Assembly: GCA_020426595.1 (NCBI GenBank)
Contig: JAGQPS010000002.1
Span: 1 to 61,302 of the forward strand
Origin: Planctomycetales bacterium
GTDB lineage: Bacteria; Planctomycetota; Planctomycetia; Pirellulales; Pirellulaceae
DNA: 61,302 bases
Direction: 5' to 3'
Numbering within the stretch: the first letter of the stretch is position 1; the number at the start of each line of letters is the position of its first letter. Both the position numbers and the translations under genes were made by a program. The notes below the pieces were generated by a model. It saw nothing but the letters and a program-made list of their open reading frames with translations. It did no database searches and was not told the DNA's origin. Below are positions 1 through 10,193 of this stretch, piece after piece.

Positions 1-156
1 AACCTGGGGCGGTGCCCCAGGCTACGGTGTCGATTGACCTTCGGCCAATCGCATCACTCCCTCAATATCACGAAGGGCCGATCGGTTGACGCTGCCAAGA
101 CACGCTTTCACGAGGTGAAAGCCGACCATGGCATCCCGCCGTTCCAAGCCGAGCAA

Positions 157-248
157 TTTGATATTGCGCTCTTCACGCTTCGCCCAGTCGACCAATTCAG
201 AGTCGTGAAAAACCAAAGGAAACCCGAAGCGTCAGCGAGGGATTCTTC
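157..248 (-). repeat. Copy A of a ~92-bp dispersed repeat, inverted relative to copy B at 9851..9944
   Basis: The reverse complement of 157..248 (gaagaatccctcgctgacgcttcgggtttcctttggttttt...gcgcaatatcaaa) aligns end to end with 9851..9944, with about 13 mismatches and one 1-nt indel. An extra copy of the core agcgagggattctt lies at 334..347. Confidence 0.8.
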
Positions 249-540
249 GACTTCTCGAACAAGCCGCCAACTCGTGGCGCCACCAACAAACTCGCTTCGC
301 GTCATCACTGAACGCGCAATATCAAAGAGCATGAGCGAGGGATTCTTTTCCGGTGACTGCCGCGAACCACGGTCATCGCATTCGTGGAACGTAAGCCGAC
401 ACTTCCGCGGCTCGCCAGCATCGCCGCGGCGACCGTGTCAAACGGGCCCTCACGGGATGCCTCGAGGGCCGGTGTGGTAACGAGCCAATTGCGCTATAAT
501 CCGGTCACCTCTTGGCTCACCAAGATGATCTCCCCCCAGG

Positions 541-1254
541 ATGCCCGAAATGACCAACCTTCCGGACCTGCTCCGCACGCTGCATCGCATTCTCAAACAG
601 AAGACCGATCTCGAATCTCGCATGGCGCGGGGACCGAAGGTCGTGGCGGCGAATACGGCTCTGGTCAAGAACTGCGAGGACCAATTGAGCGCGGCCAAGG
701 AATTGTCGCTCAAGACTCGCATGGCGGCCGACGAGAAACAGGTCCAACTCAAGCAGCGTGAACAGCGAGTCGAACGGCTCAAGGGACAGCTCGACGCGGC
801 AGCCAATAACAAGGAATTTCAAACCCTGAAGGAACAGATCGCCGCCGACGAACAAGCCAATTCCGTGCTGGCCGATGAGATCCTCGAGTTGCTCGAGGCT
901 TACGACACGCGGGGCGAGGAGGTTAAGGAGGCCGAGGCGAAACTGGCCACGGCGCAGCGGGAATTGGCGGCGACTCAATCTCGAATCGATGCCGACCGCG
1001 CCATGCTGGAGGGTGAATTGGCTCGAGTCCTGGAAGAGCTCGCCAAGACGGAGGCCGACATCCCAGGCGACCTACTCGACACTTATCGTCGACAGGTGAA
1101 GGCGAAGGGGGAGAATTGCCTGGCCGAGGTCGATGGCAACATCTGCGGCAATTGTTACCAGACCCTCTCGCCCCAAGTGCTCAACTCGCTGATGCTCAAC
1201 CGCACCGTTCCCTGCGGCGGCTGCGGCAGCTTCCTCTACCTCGCCGAACGCTGA
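541..1254 (+). CDS. Coiled-coil protein with a C-terminal C4 zinc ribbon (COG1579/DUF164-like)
   Basis: 237-aa ORF. It is a long heptad-rich, Glu/Lys/Leu/Ala region ending in CLAEVDGNICGNCYQ...VPCGGCGSFLYL (CxxC...CxxC). Confidence 0.75.
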   Translation: MPEMTNLPDLLRTLHRILKQKTDLESRMARGPKVVAANTALVKNCEDQLSAAKELSLKTRMAADEKQVQLKQREQRVERLKGQLDAAANNKEFQTLKEQIAADEQANSVLADEILELLEAYDTRGEEVKEAEAKLATAQRELAATQSRIDADRAMLEGELARVLEELAKTEADIPGDLLDTYRRQVKAKGENCLAEVDGNICGNCYQTLSPQVLNSLMLNRTVPCGGCGSFLYLAER

Positions 1255-1290
1255 CACCAACGTCGGCGAGGAATCAGAGCGAGTCCAGGT

Positions 1291-2682
1291 TTAAGTGTGG
1301 ATCGCTCGGCCATTCACGGCGAGAGCCGCTTCCATCACGATCTCGCTAAGGGTCGGATGGGCGTGGCAGCAGCGGGCCAGGTCCTCGGAACTCGCTCCAA
1401 ATGTCATCGCCACGGCGCACTCGGCGATCAAGTCGCCGGCGTGCATGCCGATCGCGTGAACGCCAAGAATTCGATCGGTCTTCGCATCGGCCAGGATCTT
1501 GACTCGCCCATCGACGTCGCCAAGTGAGCGGGCTCGACCGTTCGCTCCATAGGGACAAACACCCTTGCGATACTCGATCCCTTCTTCCTTCAACTGCTGC
1601 TCGGTCTTGCCGATCATGGCGATCTCGGGATCGGTGTAGACGATCGCGGGAATCGCGTCGTAGTGCACCGAACCGTGGCCGGTCGCGAGCATTTCAACGC
1701 AGGCGATGCCTTCTTCCGAGGCTTTGTGAGCCAACATCGCTCCGCCGATGCAATCGCCGATCGCGTACACTCCCGGCACTCCCGTTTGGAACCGCCCATC
1801 GACTTGAATGGCTCCGCGTCGATCGAGTTGGATACCAATCGCGTCGGCTCCAATTTCGCCGGTGTTCGGGACTCGTCCCGTGCAGAGCAAGACGCGATCC
1901 GCCGTGATGGGATCGCGATCACGACACTTCACGACGCACTCGTCCCCTTCGACCACCGCCGATTCGACCCAGGCGCCGGTGACAAACTTGAGACCTTGCT
2001 TCTCGAAGAGTCGTCGAGCGACCTTGCCAATTTCCTCGTCGACTCCAGGCAACACTCGATCCATCGCCTCGAGAACCGTGACCTCCGAGCCCAAACGGCT
2101 CCAGACACTGCCTAGCTCGAGCCCGATGTAGCCGCCACCGATCACGACCAACCGCTTGGGGACTTCGGCATAGCTCAGCGCGGTCGTGCTATCGCCAATC
2201 CGGTCGCCGTCGTAAGCCACGCCATTCATCATCGCCGGACGACTCCCCACGGCGATGATCACATGCTTGGCATTGATGAAGACGGGAGCCTCGCGAGTCG
2301 CGATCATCAGCCGGTTGGGCGTTTCGAAACGGCCGCGGCCGACGTAGGTCGTTACCTTGTTCCGGTCGAGCAGCATCTTGATGCCACCCGTGAGCTTCTC
2401 GACGACGTCATCCTTGCGAGCCAACATCTTGGCCAAGTCGAGCTTCGCCTCGGAAACCGAGATGCCGTGATCGGCGAGCGAGTGGAGCGTGTCGGCGTAG
2501 CGATGGCTCGATTCCAGCAAGGCCTTGCTGGGAATGCAGCCAACTCGCAAACAAGTGCCGCCAAACCGAGGATTCTCGTCGATGCAGGCGACGTCCATGC
2601 CGAGTTGAGCCGCGCGAATCGCAGCCACGTAGCCACCGGGACCGCCACCAAGTACGACCAAATCGTGCGACTTCTCCATCAT
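1291..2682 (-). CDS. lpdA: Dihydrolipoyl dehydrogenase (E3)
   Basis: FAD-binding motif DLVVLGGGPGGYVAA and redox-active disulfide GGTCLRVGCIPSKALL. The C-terminal HAHPTLSE interface motif is present. It lies directly downstream of sucB. Confidence 0.95.
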   Translation of the reverse strand: MMEKSHDLVVLGGGPGGYVAAIRAAQLGMDVACIDENPRFGGTCLRVGCIPSKALLESSHRYADTLHSLADHGISVSEAKLDLAKMLARKDDVVEKLTGGIKMLLDRNKVTTYVGRGRFETPNRLMIATREAPVFINAKHVIIAVGSRPAMMNGVAYDGDRIGDSTTALSYAEVPKRLVVIGGGYIGLELGSVWSRLGSEVTVLEAMDRVLPGVDEEIGKVARRLFEKQGLKFVTGAWVESAVVEGDECVVKCRDRDPITADRVLLCTGRVPNTGEIGADAIGIQLDRRGAIQVDGRFQTGVPGVYAIGDCIGGAMLAHKASEEGIACVEMLATGHGSVHYDAIPAIVYTDPEIAMIGKTEQQLKEEGIEYRKGVCPYGANGRARSLGDVDGRVKILADAKTDRILGVHAIGMHAGDLIAECAVAMTFGASSEDLARCCHAHPTLSEIVMEAALAVNGRAIHT

Positions 2683-2948
2683 GACCGCTTTGCTAACGAG
2701 AGGGATCGGGGATCAGGCGGACCCGCCAGATGTGCCCGCGCGAGGCAATTAGCGTGAAGCAAGGGGCCCGACGAGGAATCGTCCCACTTGCGAATCGTTC
2801 AAGGTACCCGCTGCCGCCAAAAACGACAGCAGGGCCACGAGCAGTTTCGAGGGCGACTTTCCCGATCAGCGGTTCATTCCCCCCGCGAGCCTCGGCGAGT
2901 CAACCCGCGAGCCGACGGCATGTCCTTGGAGACGACCGATGGCGCCGA

Positions 2949-4289
2949 TCAAACCTCGAGGAATAGCCGAGCCGGCTCCTCGAGCACTTCCTTGATCGAA
3001 CGGAGGAAGCCCACCGCCTCACGACCGTCGACAATCCGATGATCGTAGGTCAGCGCGATGTACATCATCGGACGAATCACGACCTGCCCCTCGACCGCGA
3101 TCGGCCGCTCTTGGATCGAGTGCATGCCGAGAATGCCGGACTGCGGAGGATTGACGATCGGCGTGCTCAACAACGAACCGTACACACCGCCGTTGCTGAT
3201 CGTGAACGTGCCACCCTCGAGGTCGGTTGGCTTGATCCGGTTCTCCTTGGCCGCCTTGGCATAGTCGTTGATCTGCTTCTCAATGGCGGCGAAGCTGAGC
3301 GTTTCGGCATTGCGGAGGATCGGTACGACGAGCCCCTTGCCGCCGCCGATGGCGATGCCGATGTCGAAGTAGTTCCGCGTGATCACGTCGGTACCGCGAA
3401 TCTCGCTGTTGACCGCGGGGTAACGCTTGAGCCCCTCGACGCAGCCCTTGACGAAGAAACTCATGAAGCCAAGTTTCACGCCGTGAATCTCAAGGAACTT
3501 GTCCTTGTACTTGTTCCGCAGGTCCATGACCGGCTTCATGTCGATTTCATTGAACGTCGTCAGCAGCGCGGCGGTTTGCTGAGCCTGCACGAGTCGCGCG
3601 GCGATCGTCCGGCGAATCATGCTCATCGGCTTGGTCTCTTCGCGCCGATCCGCGGGGCCGCTGACTTGCGGGCCGAGCGTCCCCACACCGGCCACGGGGA
3701 TCCCGGCGGCCTTGGGAGCCGGGCTGCTCACGCCCGCACCGGTGATGGCATTGGCCAAAGCCGAACTGTTGGCCGGTCCCGAACCTTGCCCGCCTGGCTG
3801 CAATCCCTGGGAATCGATGTAACGAATCACATCTTCCTTGAGCAATCGCCCTCCGGGGCCGGTCGCCTGGACACGGTCGGCCGAGATCTTGTACTCCGCC
3901 AACAATCGCTCGGCGGCCGGCATGACCGAGCTCGGTTCACCGAAGCTCGCTGGGCTTGGCGCGGGGGCCGCCGCGGCGGGTGCTGGGCTGGATGCGTTAC
4001 CGCTCGGCGAGGCAGGAGCGGCGCTCGAGGCCGCAGGAGCCGAGCCGGGCTGAGCGTTCTCGTCGAGTTCAGCGATGATCGTACCGATCGGCACGAACTC
4101 ACCGGTTTGCGACAGGATCTTGGTGAGCACGCCCGCGCTGGGAGCGGCGAGACTTTGAGCCGCTTTCTCCGACTCGAGCTCGACGATGTCCTCGTCCTTT
4201 TCGATCCAGTCGCCTTCCTTCTTCAGCCATTGGCTGATTTGGACTTCCTGGATCGACTCACCCAACTCCGGAACCTTGATCTCTGCCAT
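2949..4289 (-). CDS. sucB: Dihydrolipoyllysine-residue succinyltransferase (E2 of 2-oxoglutarate dehydrogenase)
   Basis: N-terminal lipoyl domain ([10 protein letters not shown]...[10 protein letters not shown]), an Ala/Pro-rich linker and a peripheral subunit-binding motif ([12 protein letters not shown]...[11 protein letters not shown]). The catalytic motif is [11 protein letters not shown]. Confidence 0.93.
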   Translation of the reverse strand: MAEIKVPELGESIQEVQISQWLKKEGDWIEKDEDIVELESEKAAQSLAAPSAGVLTKILSQTGEFVPIGTIIAELDENAQPGSAPAASSAAPASPSGNASSPAPAAAAPAPSPASFGEPSSVMPAAERLLAEYKISADRVQATGPGGRLLKEDVIRYIDSQGLQPGGQGSGPANSSALANAITGAGVSSPAPKAAGIPVAGVGTLGPQVSGPADRREETKPMSMIRRTIAARLVQAQQTAALLTTFNEIDMKPVMDLRNKYKDKFLEIHGVKLGFMSFFVKGCVEGLKRYPAVNSEIRGTDVITRNYFDIGIAIGGGKGLVVPILRNAETLSFAAIEKQINDYAKAAKENRIKPTDLEGGTFTISNGGVYGSLLSTPIVNPPQSGILGMHSIQERPIAVEGQVVIRPMMYIALTYDHRIVDGREAVGFLRSIKEVLEEPARLFLEV

Positions 4290-4375
4290 CCCGACTACCC
4301 ATCCCCTGGCTTGTGTCGCGAGTTCCCACGCCCTCGCGGCGGACTCGGTGATTCCTCGTCATCGCTCAATTCATG

Positions 4376-4411
4376 GTTGGCACCACGTCGCATGTTGGCA
4401 CCACATCGCAT
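4376..4411. repeat. Tandem 18-bp direct repeat (2 copies, 1 mismatch) in the sucA-sucB spacer
   Basis: gttggcaccacgtcgcat at 4376..4393 is followed directly by gttggcaccacatcgcat at 4394..4411. Confidence 0.85.
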
Positions 4412-4917
4412 GGTGACACTCCGACGCCTTTGCGATTCTCGCCGACATCGCGTCGCCAAGACGATCGCGCCACTCGCGCCACCGCAAGATGCCGCCGTGG
4501 GGCCAAGCAACCTCATTCGACTCCGTCCGGTGCGCGTTTCCGCCCGAGGCATGGGCTCCGCCGATGCGATGGCCCCGTATGGGCCAGGCCGCGTCGGTCT
4601 CGCCACAAGCCACTTGGGAAACACCGAGAAACAACCGGTACCCGCAAGGGTCGTATCGGCAGACCACCGCGACAACACTCACTGAGCTCGACCCGGACGG
4701 CACGAAATGGTTCAGGAACCTGGGCCAACGCGACTCGATCCGGCGGAGCAAAATCGCTAAGCCGAAACGTCAGCGCCGACACGTCAACCAAACCACCTTG
4801 CCCATTCTACGCAGTCAAGGAGTTTTGGGGACAGGCCCAGAGGAGCAACTCGGCCCAGCCGCGCGATTTATCAAAGCGACTCGGACCGGCGACTCGAAGC
4901 GACACGAGAGGGGCCGA

Positions 4918-7722
4918 TCAGCTGGGCACGGTTTGCTGCACGGTCATGGCACGTTCCCACAGCTCTTCCTGCTCGATCTTGTGCATCTTCTTGGAACCGG
5001 TCGATGGACTGGCCGATTCGGGGCGCGAGATGTAGGTCAGGGGCCAACGACCCTGGATCGAGTCACCGAAGTTCACCTTGATGAACCAAGCCGCGCCCAT
5101 GTTGGCGGGCTCTTCCTGGACCCAGAACACGGGAGTCCCGTCGGGCACGTGCTCGAGAGCCGCCTCCAGATGATTCTTGGGAAGCGGATAGAGCTGCTCC
5201 AACCGGACGATGCCGATATCCTCGCGCCCTTGTTCCTCGCGAAGCTTCAGCAATTCGAGCATGATCTTGCCGGTACCCAGCAGCACGCGTTCTGGCTTGC
5301 AACCCGGTCCCAGGCGTTCGTCGCCCAGGACGCGTTGGAACGTGCTAACCGAGCATTCGTCGAGACTCGACATCGACAAGTTCTCGCGGAGCATGCTCTT
5401 GGGCGTGAGCACGACGAGCGGCTTTCGCCAGGGGCGTTTGACTTGGCGGCGCAGCACATGGAAATACTGCGCGGCGGTGGTCGGCGCCACGATTTGAATA
5501 TTGTGTTCGGCGGTGAGCATCAGGAACCGCTCGACCCGCGCGCTGCAATGCTCGGGACCGGCCCCTTCAAAGCCGTGAGGCAAGAGCATCGTGATGCCGC
5601 TGAGCCGATGCCATTTGTCCTCGGCGCTGGTGATGAACTGATCGACGATGACCTGGGCTACGTTCCAGAAGTCACCAAACTGAGCCTCCCACAGCACCAG
5701 CCCTTCCGGGCGATCGAGGCTGTAGCCGTACTCGAAACCGAGCACGCCCGCCTCGCTCAACGGACTATTGATGATCTCGACTTGCGATTGATCATCGGAG
5801 AGCTGAGCCAGGATGTTGTGGCGGGCTCCCGATTCCGTATCGTGCAGGATCGCGTGACGCTGAGAAAACGTGCCGCGACCGCAGTCTTGTCCGCTCAATC
5901 GCACGCAGTGGCCCTCGACGGCCAGCGACCCGAACGCGGCGAGTTCCGCCGTCGCCCAATCCAACGGCCGTTTCCCCTCACCCATCTCACGCCGCTGCTG
6001 AAAGAGCCGCTTGAGTTTCGGGTTGAGGTTGAACGACTCGGGAATCGTCGACAACCGATTGATCACGTACGAGAGCTTCCCGAGAGCCACACCGGTATCC
6101 ACGTCCTCCGCCGGTTCGTCGCCGCCGGAGTAGTTGGTCCAGTAACCGGCCATCGTTTGCAGGTCGGGCGTGTAGGTCTCGCTTTGAGCCGCATCGAACT
6201 CACGTTGCAGTTCTTGTTTGCGTCGCTCGGCGATCGCGTCCGCCTCCTCGCGCGTCACCTCGTTCATCTTCATCAAGCGATGGAGATAGCTGTCGCGCAT
6301 CGTTGGCTTGGCGTCGATCAGCTTGTACATCATCGGCTGAGTGAAACGCGGCTCGTCGCTTTCGTTGTGTCCGAGGCGACGGTAGCAGTACACGTCGATC
6401 ACGACATCGCGGTGGAATTCTCGACGGAACTCCATCGCCAGGTTGACCGCTTGGGCCACGCTCTCCGGATCCTCGCCGTTGACGTGGAAGATCGGGATTT
6501 GCAGCATCTTGGCGACGTCGCTCGCGTAGGTCGTCGAGCGACTTTCGTTGGCCATCGTCGTGAAACCGATTTGGTTGTTCACGATCACATGCAACGTTCC
6601 ACCCACGCTGTAGCCCGCGAGCTCGCTCATGTTGAGCGTCTCTTGCACGACACCTTCACCCGCGAAGGCCGCGTCGCCGTGAATCAGGATCGGCATGACT
6701 TGCCGCCTGTCCACGTCACCCATGTGATCTTGCTTGGAACGAGCGCGACCGATCGCGACCGGATTGACGAATTCCAGGTGGCTCGGATTGAAGCAGAGCG
6801 AGATGTGAACCTTCTTACCGGTGCTCGTCAGCCAGTCATTGCTATGGCCGAGATGGTAGAGCACGTCGCCGCGCCCTCGATTCTCTTCCGGATGCGGGTC
6901 ATCGAATCCCCAAAAGATGTTCTGGGCCCGCTTGCCCATGATATTGGCCAGCACATTGAGGCGGCCACGATGAGCCATGCCGATCACGACCTGATTGACG
7001 TCGTGCTCTCCCGCCTTTTCCAAGGCGAGGTCGAGGAGCGGAATCAGCGTCTCGGCTCCCTCGAGCGAGAAGGTCTTCGCGCCAACGAACTTCTTTCGCA
7101 TGAACTCTTCGAAGATCACGGCATCGGTCAGCCGCGTGAGAATCCGCAGCTGGGTTTCTCGCGAAAGAGCCAACCGGTTCTCGGTCCCTTCCATCCGCTT
7201 CTGCAGCCAATCGCGCACGTCGTAGTCATCGATGTGCATGAACTGGGCGCCGATGTACCGGCAATAGGTACTGCGCATCTGCTGAACGATCTCGCCCAGC
7301 GTCCGCACGTTCTCGCCGTCGATGGTGCGAGTCGAGAAGAGCTTCTCCATGTCGCTCGGGAGCAATCCATAGGACTCCGGAGCCAACTCACGTTGCTCGG
7401 GACGAGGAAAGCCGAGCGGATCGATCTTTGCCGCCAAGTGTCCGCGGACTCGGAAACCGCGGATCAACTGGTCGACTCGGTCCTGCAACTGCGCCATCGA
7501 GAGGCTCGATGCCACGTTCTCGCCACCGAGAGGGGCCGAACGAGGCTCGGAAACCACGGCGGCTCGCGCGGCGGCGGCGGACGCCTGAGCCACGCTTTCG
7601 GCCGACTTGGCTTCGTTGCCAAACCGCTCGAAATACTCCCGCCAATCCGGCGGAATCGCCGCGGGATCACGCAGGAACTCTTGGTACCAGAAGTCGAGGT
7701 AGTCTCGGCTCGAGAGATTCAT
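4918..7722 (-). CDS. sucA: 2-oxoglutarate dehydrogenase E1 component
   Basis: The ORF runs to 7776. The ATG at 7722 gives MNLSSRDYLDFWYQEFLRDPAAIPPDWREYF, which is typical of SucA N-termini. The GMAHRGRLNVLAN and ThDP-binding region motifs are present, and the ~930-aa length fits. Confidence 0.93.
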   Translation of the reverse strand: MNLSSRDYLDFWYQEFLRDPAAIPPDWREYFERFGNEAKSAESVAQASAAAARAAVVSEPRSAPLGGENVASSLSMAQLQDRVDQLIRGFRVRGHLAAKIDPLGFPRPEQRELAPESYGLLPSDMEKLFSTRTIDGENVRTLGEIVQQMRSTYCRYIGAQFMHIDDYDVRDWLQKRMEGTENRLALSRETQLRILTRLTDAVIFEEFMRKKFVGAKTFSLEGAETLIPLLDLALEKAGEHDVNQVVIGMAHRGRLNVLANIMGKRAQNIFWGFDDPHPEENRGRGDVLYHLGHSNDWLTSTGKKVHISLCFNPSHLEFVNPVAIGRARSKQDHMGDVDRRQVMPILIHGDAAFAGEGVVQETLNMSELAGYSVGGTLHVIVNNQIGFTTMANESRSTTYASDVAKMLQIPIFHVNGEDPESVAQAVNLAMEFRREFHRDVVIDVYCYRRLGHNESDEPRFTQPMMYKLIDAKPTMRDSYLHRLMKMNEVTREEADAIAERRKQELQREFDAAQSETYTPDLQTMAGYWTNYSGGDEPAEDVDTGVALGKLSYVINRLSTIPESFNLNPKLKRLFQQRREMGEGKRPLDWATAELAAFGSLAVEGHCVRLSGQDCGRGTFSQRHAILHDTESGARHNILAQLSDDQSQVEIINSPLSEAGVLGFEYGYSLDRPEGLVLWEAQFGDFWNVAQVIVDQFITSAEDKWHRLSGITMLLPHGFEGAGPEHCSARVERFLMLTAEHNIQIVAPTTAAQYFHVLRRQVKRPWRKPLVVLTPKSMLRENLSMSSLDECSVSTFQRVLGDERLGPGCKPERVLLGTGKIMLELLKLREEQGREDIGIVRLEQLYPLPKNHLEAALEHVPDGTPVFWVQEEPANMGAAWFIKVNFGDSIQGRWPLTYISRPESASPSTGSKKMHKIEQEELWERAMTVQQTVPS

Positions 7723-8568
7723 TGCCAATTCACGGCGACGTTCGATGGGGGGAGCCACCTCCGTCCGCCTGTCCAAGGTGCTCTTTGGCAGCCACTTCTC
7801 AGTTGAGCTGACGCCACTTTGTATGGGGTTGAGCAGACACTGCGTCCGCCCATTGCGCCGTTCCGCGTTACTTCGCTTGGTCCCTGGTCAACGCACTTCG
7901 GAAATCATCCGGGCATCCACCAGTCCTGGCTCGCGACAGCCGATCGTCTCGTTCGCGACATCGAAATGTCGTGACCCGCGATCAATGCGGCTCCGTGCCC
8001 TTTACCGATTCGCGCGACGAACCGAACACACCGCGTTCCGTCCGAGCCACTCACACTTTTCCAATCGCTCGAGGACCGAGATATCCCACGATTGACGAAT
8101 CGGCCGGGCGAGGCGAGGCCAATTCAACTCTGGCTCTTACCAGAACCTTAACAATCAGCGGGTTGCAACGGGCGATCGAGCAAACTGGAGAGCATCCTCA
8201 TCAACGGCCAATGCCAATGAGCCTTGCGATTCGAAAGAGACGGAATCGATGCCTGCACGAAAGCCGTAGGTGTCTTTCGACGCCAGAGCGTTCCAAGCAA
8301 TCGCACGATTCTATCCATTCCGACTCGGCATGCGGAGTCCGGAATCGGCACAAAATGGCACGAACGTAAGGTCATTTCCATCCAGGCCGTCGAGACACTC
8401 GGGAGGCGGACCGCGTAAACCGAACAAAATACCCCAAGTCGCAGGATGGCGTGCGTGTCTTTTTGGAAAGGGAGACTCACGGAAAGCCCGGTGCCATGAA
8501 GCCAATGTCCGGCTTCCGAGCAAGCCGCCACGACATTCCAGCGTCTCCATGCTCTCCCGGTGGAGAGG

Positions 8569-9207
8569 TCAAGGAGTGATCAATCCATGCACGGGTCGAG
8601 CCGCGGAAACCATGTTGGCCGGAACGCGGGCCATCAGTTCGGCGAAACGGGGCTCACCCCTCAACGAGTCAAAAGAGCTGTTCCCGTCGATCAGCTCCAC
8701 CTCGCAAAATCCGCCGCGAATCGCTTCCTCGAGGCAATCCATGGCGGCTTCTCCATCGCCTCGTAGAGCCAAGCATTCGGAAAGCCCGTACAGAGTCGCG
8801 AGCCGGAAGTGGGGGAAGGTGACCGCTTGCCGCCAAGCGATCTCGGCCTTTTCGGGATTGCCCAATGCCATATGGGCCTGGCCCAACCAACGCCACACTT
8901 GGCCGTCGGTCGTTCGCAACTGGAGCAGTTGGCCCGAGCGTTCGACGACTTGAGCCCAATCCTTGTCCCGCACACGATCCCGCAGTTCGTTGCGTTGGCG
9001 ATCGTAGGAAGCTTGGTCCCACTGAGCCGCGGTCGCCAGTTCCGATTTCGATTCGGCCTCACCTCGGACGATGACCGACGCCACTTGATTCCAGGGCACC
9101 ACGAGGCCCAATACGACGGCGCCGCACACAAGAGTCGTTAACAGCGTCCGTTTCTCACTTTGAAGCCGAAGATGAGCGAGTCTCGGTAGATTCCAGCGAC
9201 GTCCCAT
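8569..9207 (-). CDS. Hypothetical membrane-anchored TPR-like protein
   Basis: The internal ATG at 9207 gives MGRRWNLPRL... followed by one hydrophobic helix (LLTTLVCGAVVLGLVV). The C-terminal half has TPR-like helices (WRWLGQAHMALGNPEKAEIAWRQAV...). The ORF extends to 9333. Confidence 0.5.
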   Translation of the reverse strand: MGRRWNLPRLAHLRLQSEKRTLLTTLVCGAVVLGLVVPWNQVASVIVRGEAESKSELATAAQWDQASYDRQRNELRDRVRDKDWAQVVERSGQLLQLRTTDGQVWRWLGQAHMALGNPEKAEIAWRQAVTFPHFRLATLYGLSECLALRGDGEAAMDCLEEAIRGGFCEVELIDGNSSFDSLRGEPRFAELMARVPANMVSAARPVHGLITP

Positions 9208-9850
9208 CGATTCGTCCCTCCGGAGTGGCACGGTTCGTATTCGTTGCTTGGCGACCAGCCCTGACTGGTGATGCGAGCCGACGGTGACAGGCCACCGATC
9301 GGGCGAACCCACAAGCCCAGGAACAGGAAGCAACTCGGGTTGGCCGGTCTTCGCTGACCGCTACACAGTCCCAAAACTGCCTCGTGTTAACGAACACGCT
9401 TGATTTCTTAATCAAAACATAGCAATCCCTCCATCAAAGCAAAACATCGGTCTGTTCCCAGGGCGATCCTCCCACGGTTGTCGGACCAGAGGACAAAAGG
9501 ACAGGATCTTCATATTCTCGTCCCCATCGCCCGCGAGTCTCGCGGTTCGCGCGCGCCCCGACGCGGACCGACTGGTGTCGCCTCGAACGGACTGGGTTTA
9601 GCGGGAACCGAGGATGGCTTACCGAGACACGACATCGTTCGTGAAGATGTGGAACTCCCTGCCGGGCGTTTAACGACGTCGCGATTTCTGGGTAGCAACT
9701 GGGAACATGTAGTGACCGTGAAACGAGCCGTTGGCTGATTCGCGAATTCGAAGAATCCCTCGCTGACCGGACTTAGATTTTGCGATTTCAGGGATACCGC
9801 TAGTCGGAAGTTCTGTTGGCGTAACGGGTTGTTGGCTTGTTCGACATTTT

Positions 9851-9944
9851 GAAGAATCCCTCGCTCACGCTTCGGGTTTCCTTTGATTTGCCACGCTTTT
9901 GAGCTGGTCGACCGGGGCGAAGCATGAAAAGCGCAACATCAAAA
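9851..9944 (+). repeat. Copy B of the ~92-bp dispersed repeat, with extra partial cores nearby
   Basis: It matches the reverse complement of 157..248. The core gaagaatccctcgct also occurs at 9750..9764, and the sub-motif ctcacgcttcgggtttcct is repeated at 9946..9964. The region is non-coding, with stops in the frame that is open in copy A. Confidence 0.8.
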
Positions 9945-10193
9945 CTCACGCTTCGGGTTTCCTTGGGTTTTCCGCGCTGTTGACTTGGTCGTTTGGACGG
10001 AGCCGTGGGAGCGCGTCAACGAAACGCGTGTTCCACCCCGTACTGACACGGCCCGATAAGCTCGTCAAAATCGTTGGCGTCATGGATCGAAATCGAGCCG
10101 GCTGTCCCGTCCTGGCGGAGAAGGAACCGGTGAACCAAGGCACATCGCATCGCACGTTTTAGGTTTTGCCACCCTCGCCGGAGTTTCGTTTCG

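Noticed and set aside
22-216. 64-aa ORF on the minus strand as a real gene
   Set aside because: It overlaps the dispersed repeat. The second repeat copy has a stop in the equivalent frame, and I recognise no family. I report it only as repeat-associated.
3039-4685. 548-aa ORF on the plus strand
   Set aside because: It is antisense to sucB plus the spacer. The composition is low-complexity and Arg/Gly/Asp-rich, and the real gene is on the minus strand.
4489-7806. 1105-aa ORF on the plus strand
   Set aside because: It is entirely antisense to sucA, whose product carries unmistakable E1 motifs. The antisense translation is Arg/Leu/Gly/His-rich with no motifs. Long antisense ORFs like this are typical artefacts of high-GC coding DNA.
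7806-8568. ORFs 8148..8531 (minus), 7971..8369 and 8270..8953 (plus) in the region upstream of sucA
   Set aside because: They overlap each other, have odd composition (Cys/Trp/His/Arg-rich), lack SD sites and show no motifs. I left the 760-bp region unannotated. An ncRNA cannot be excluded, but I saw no tRNA-like or other diagnostic structure.
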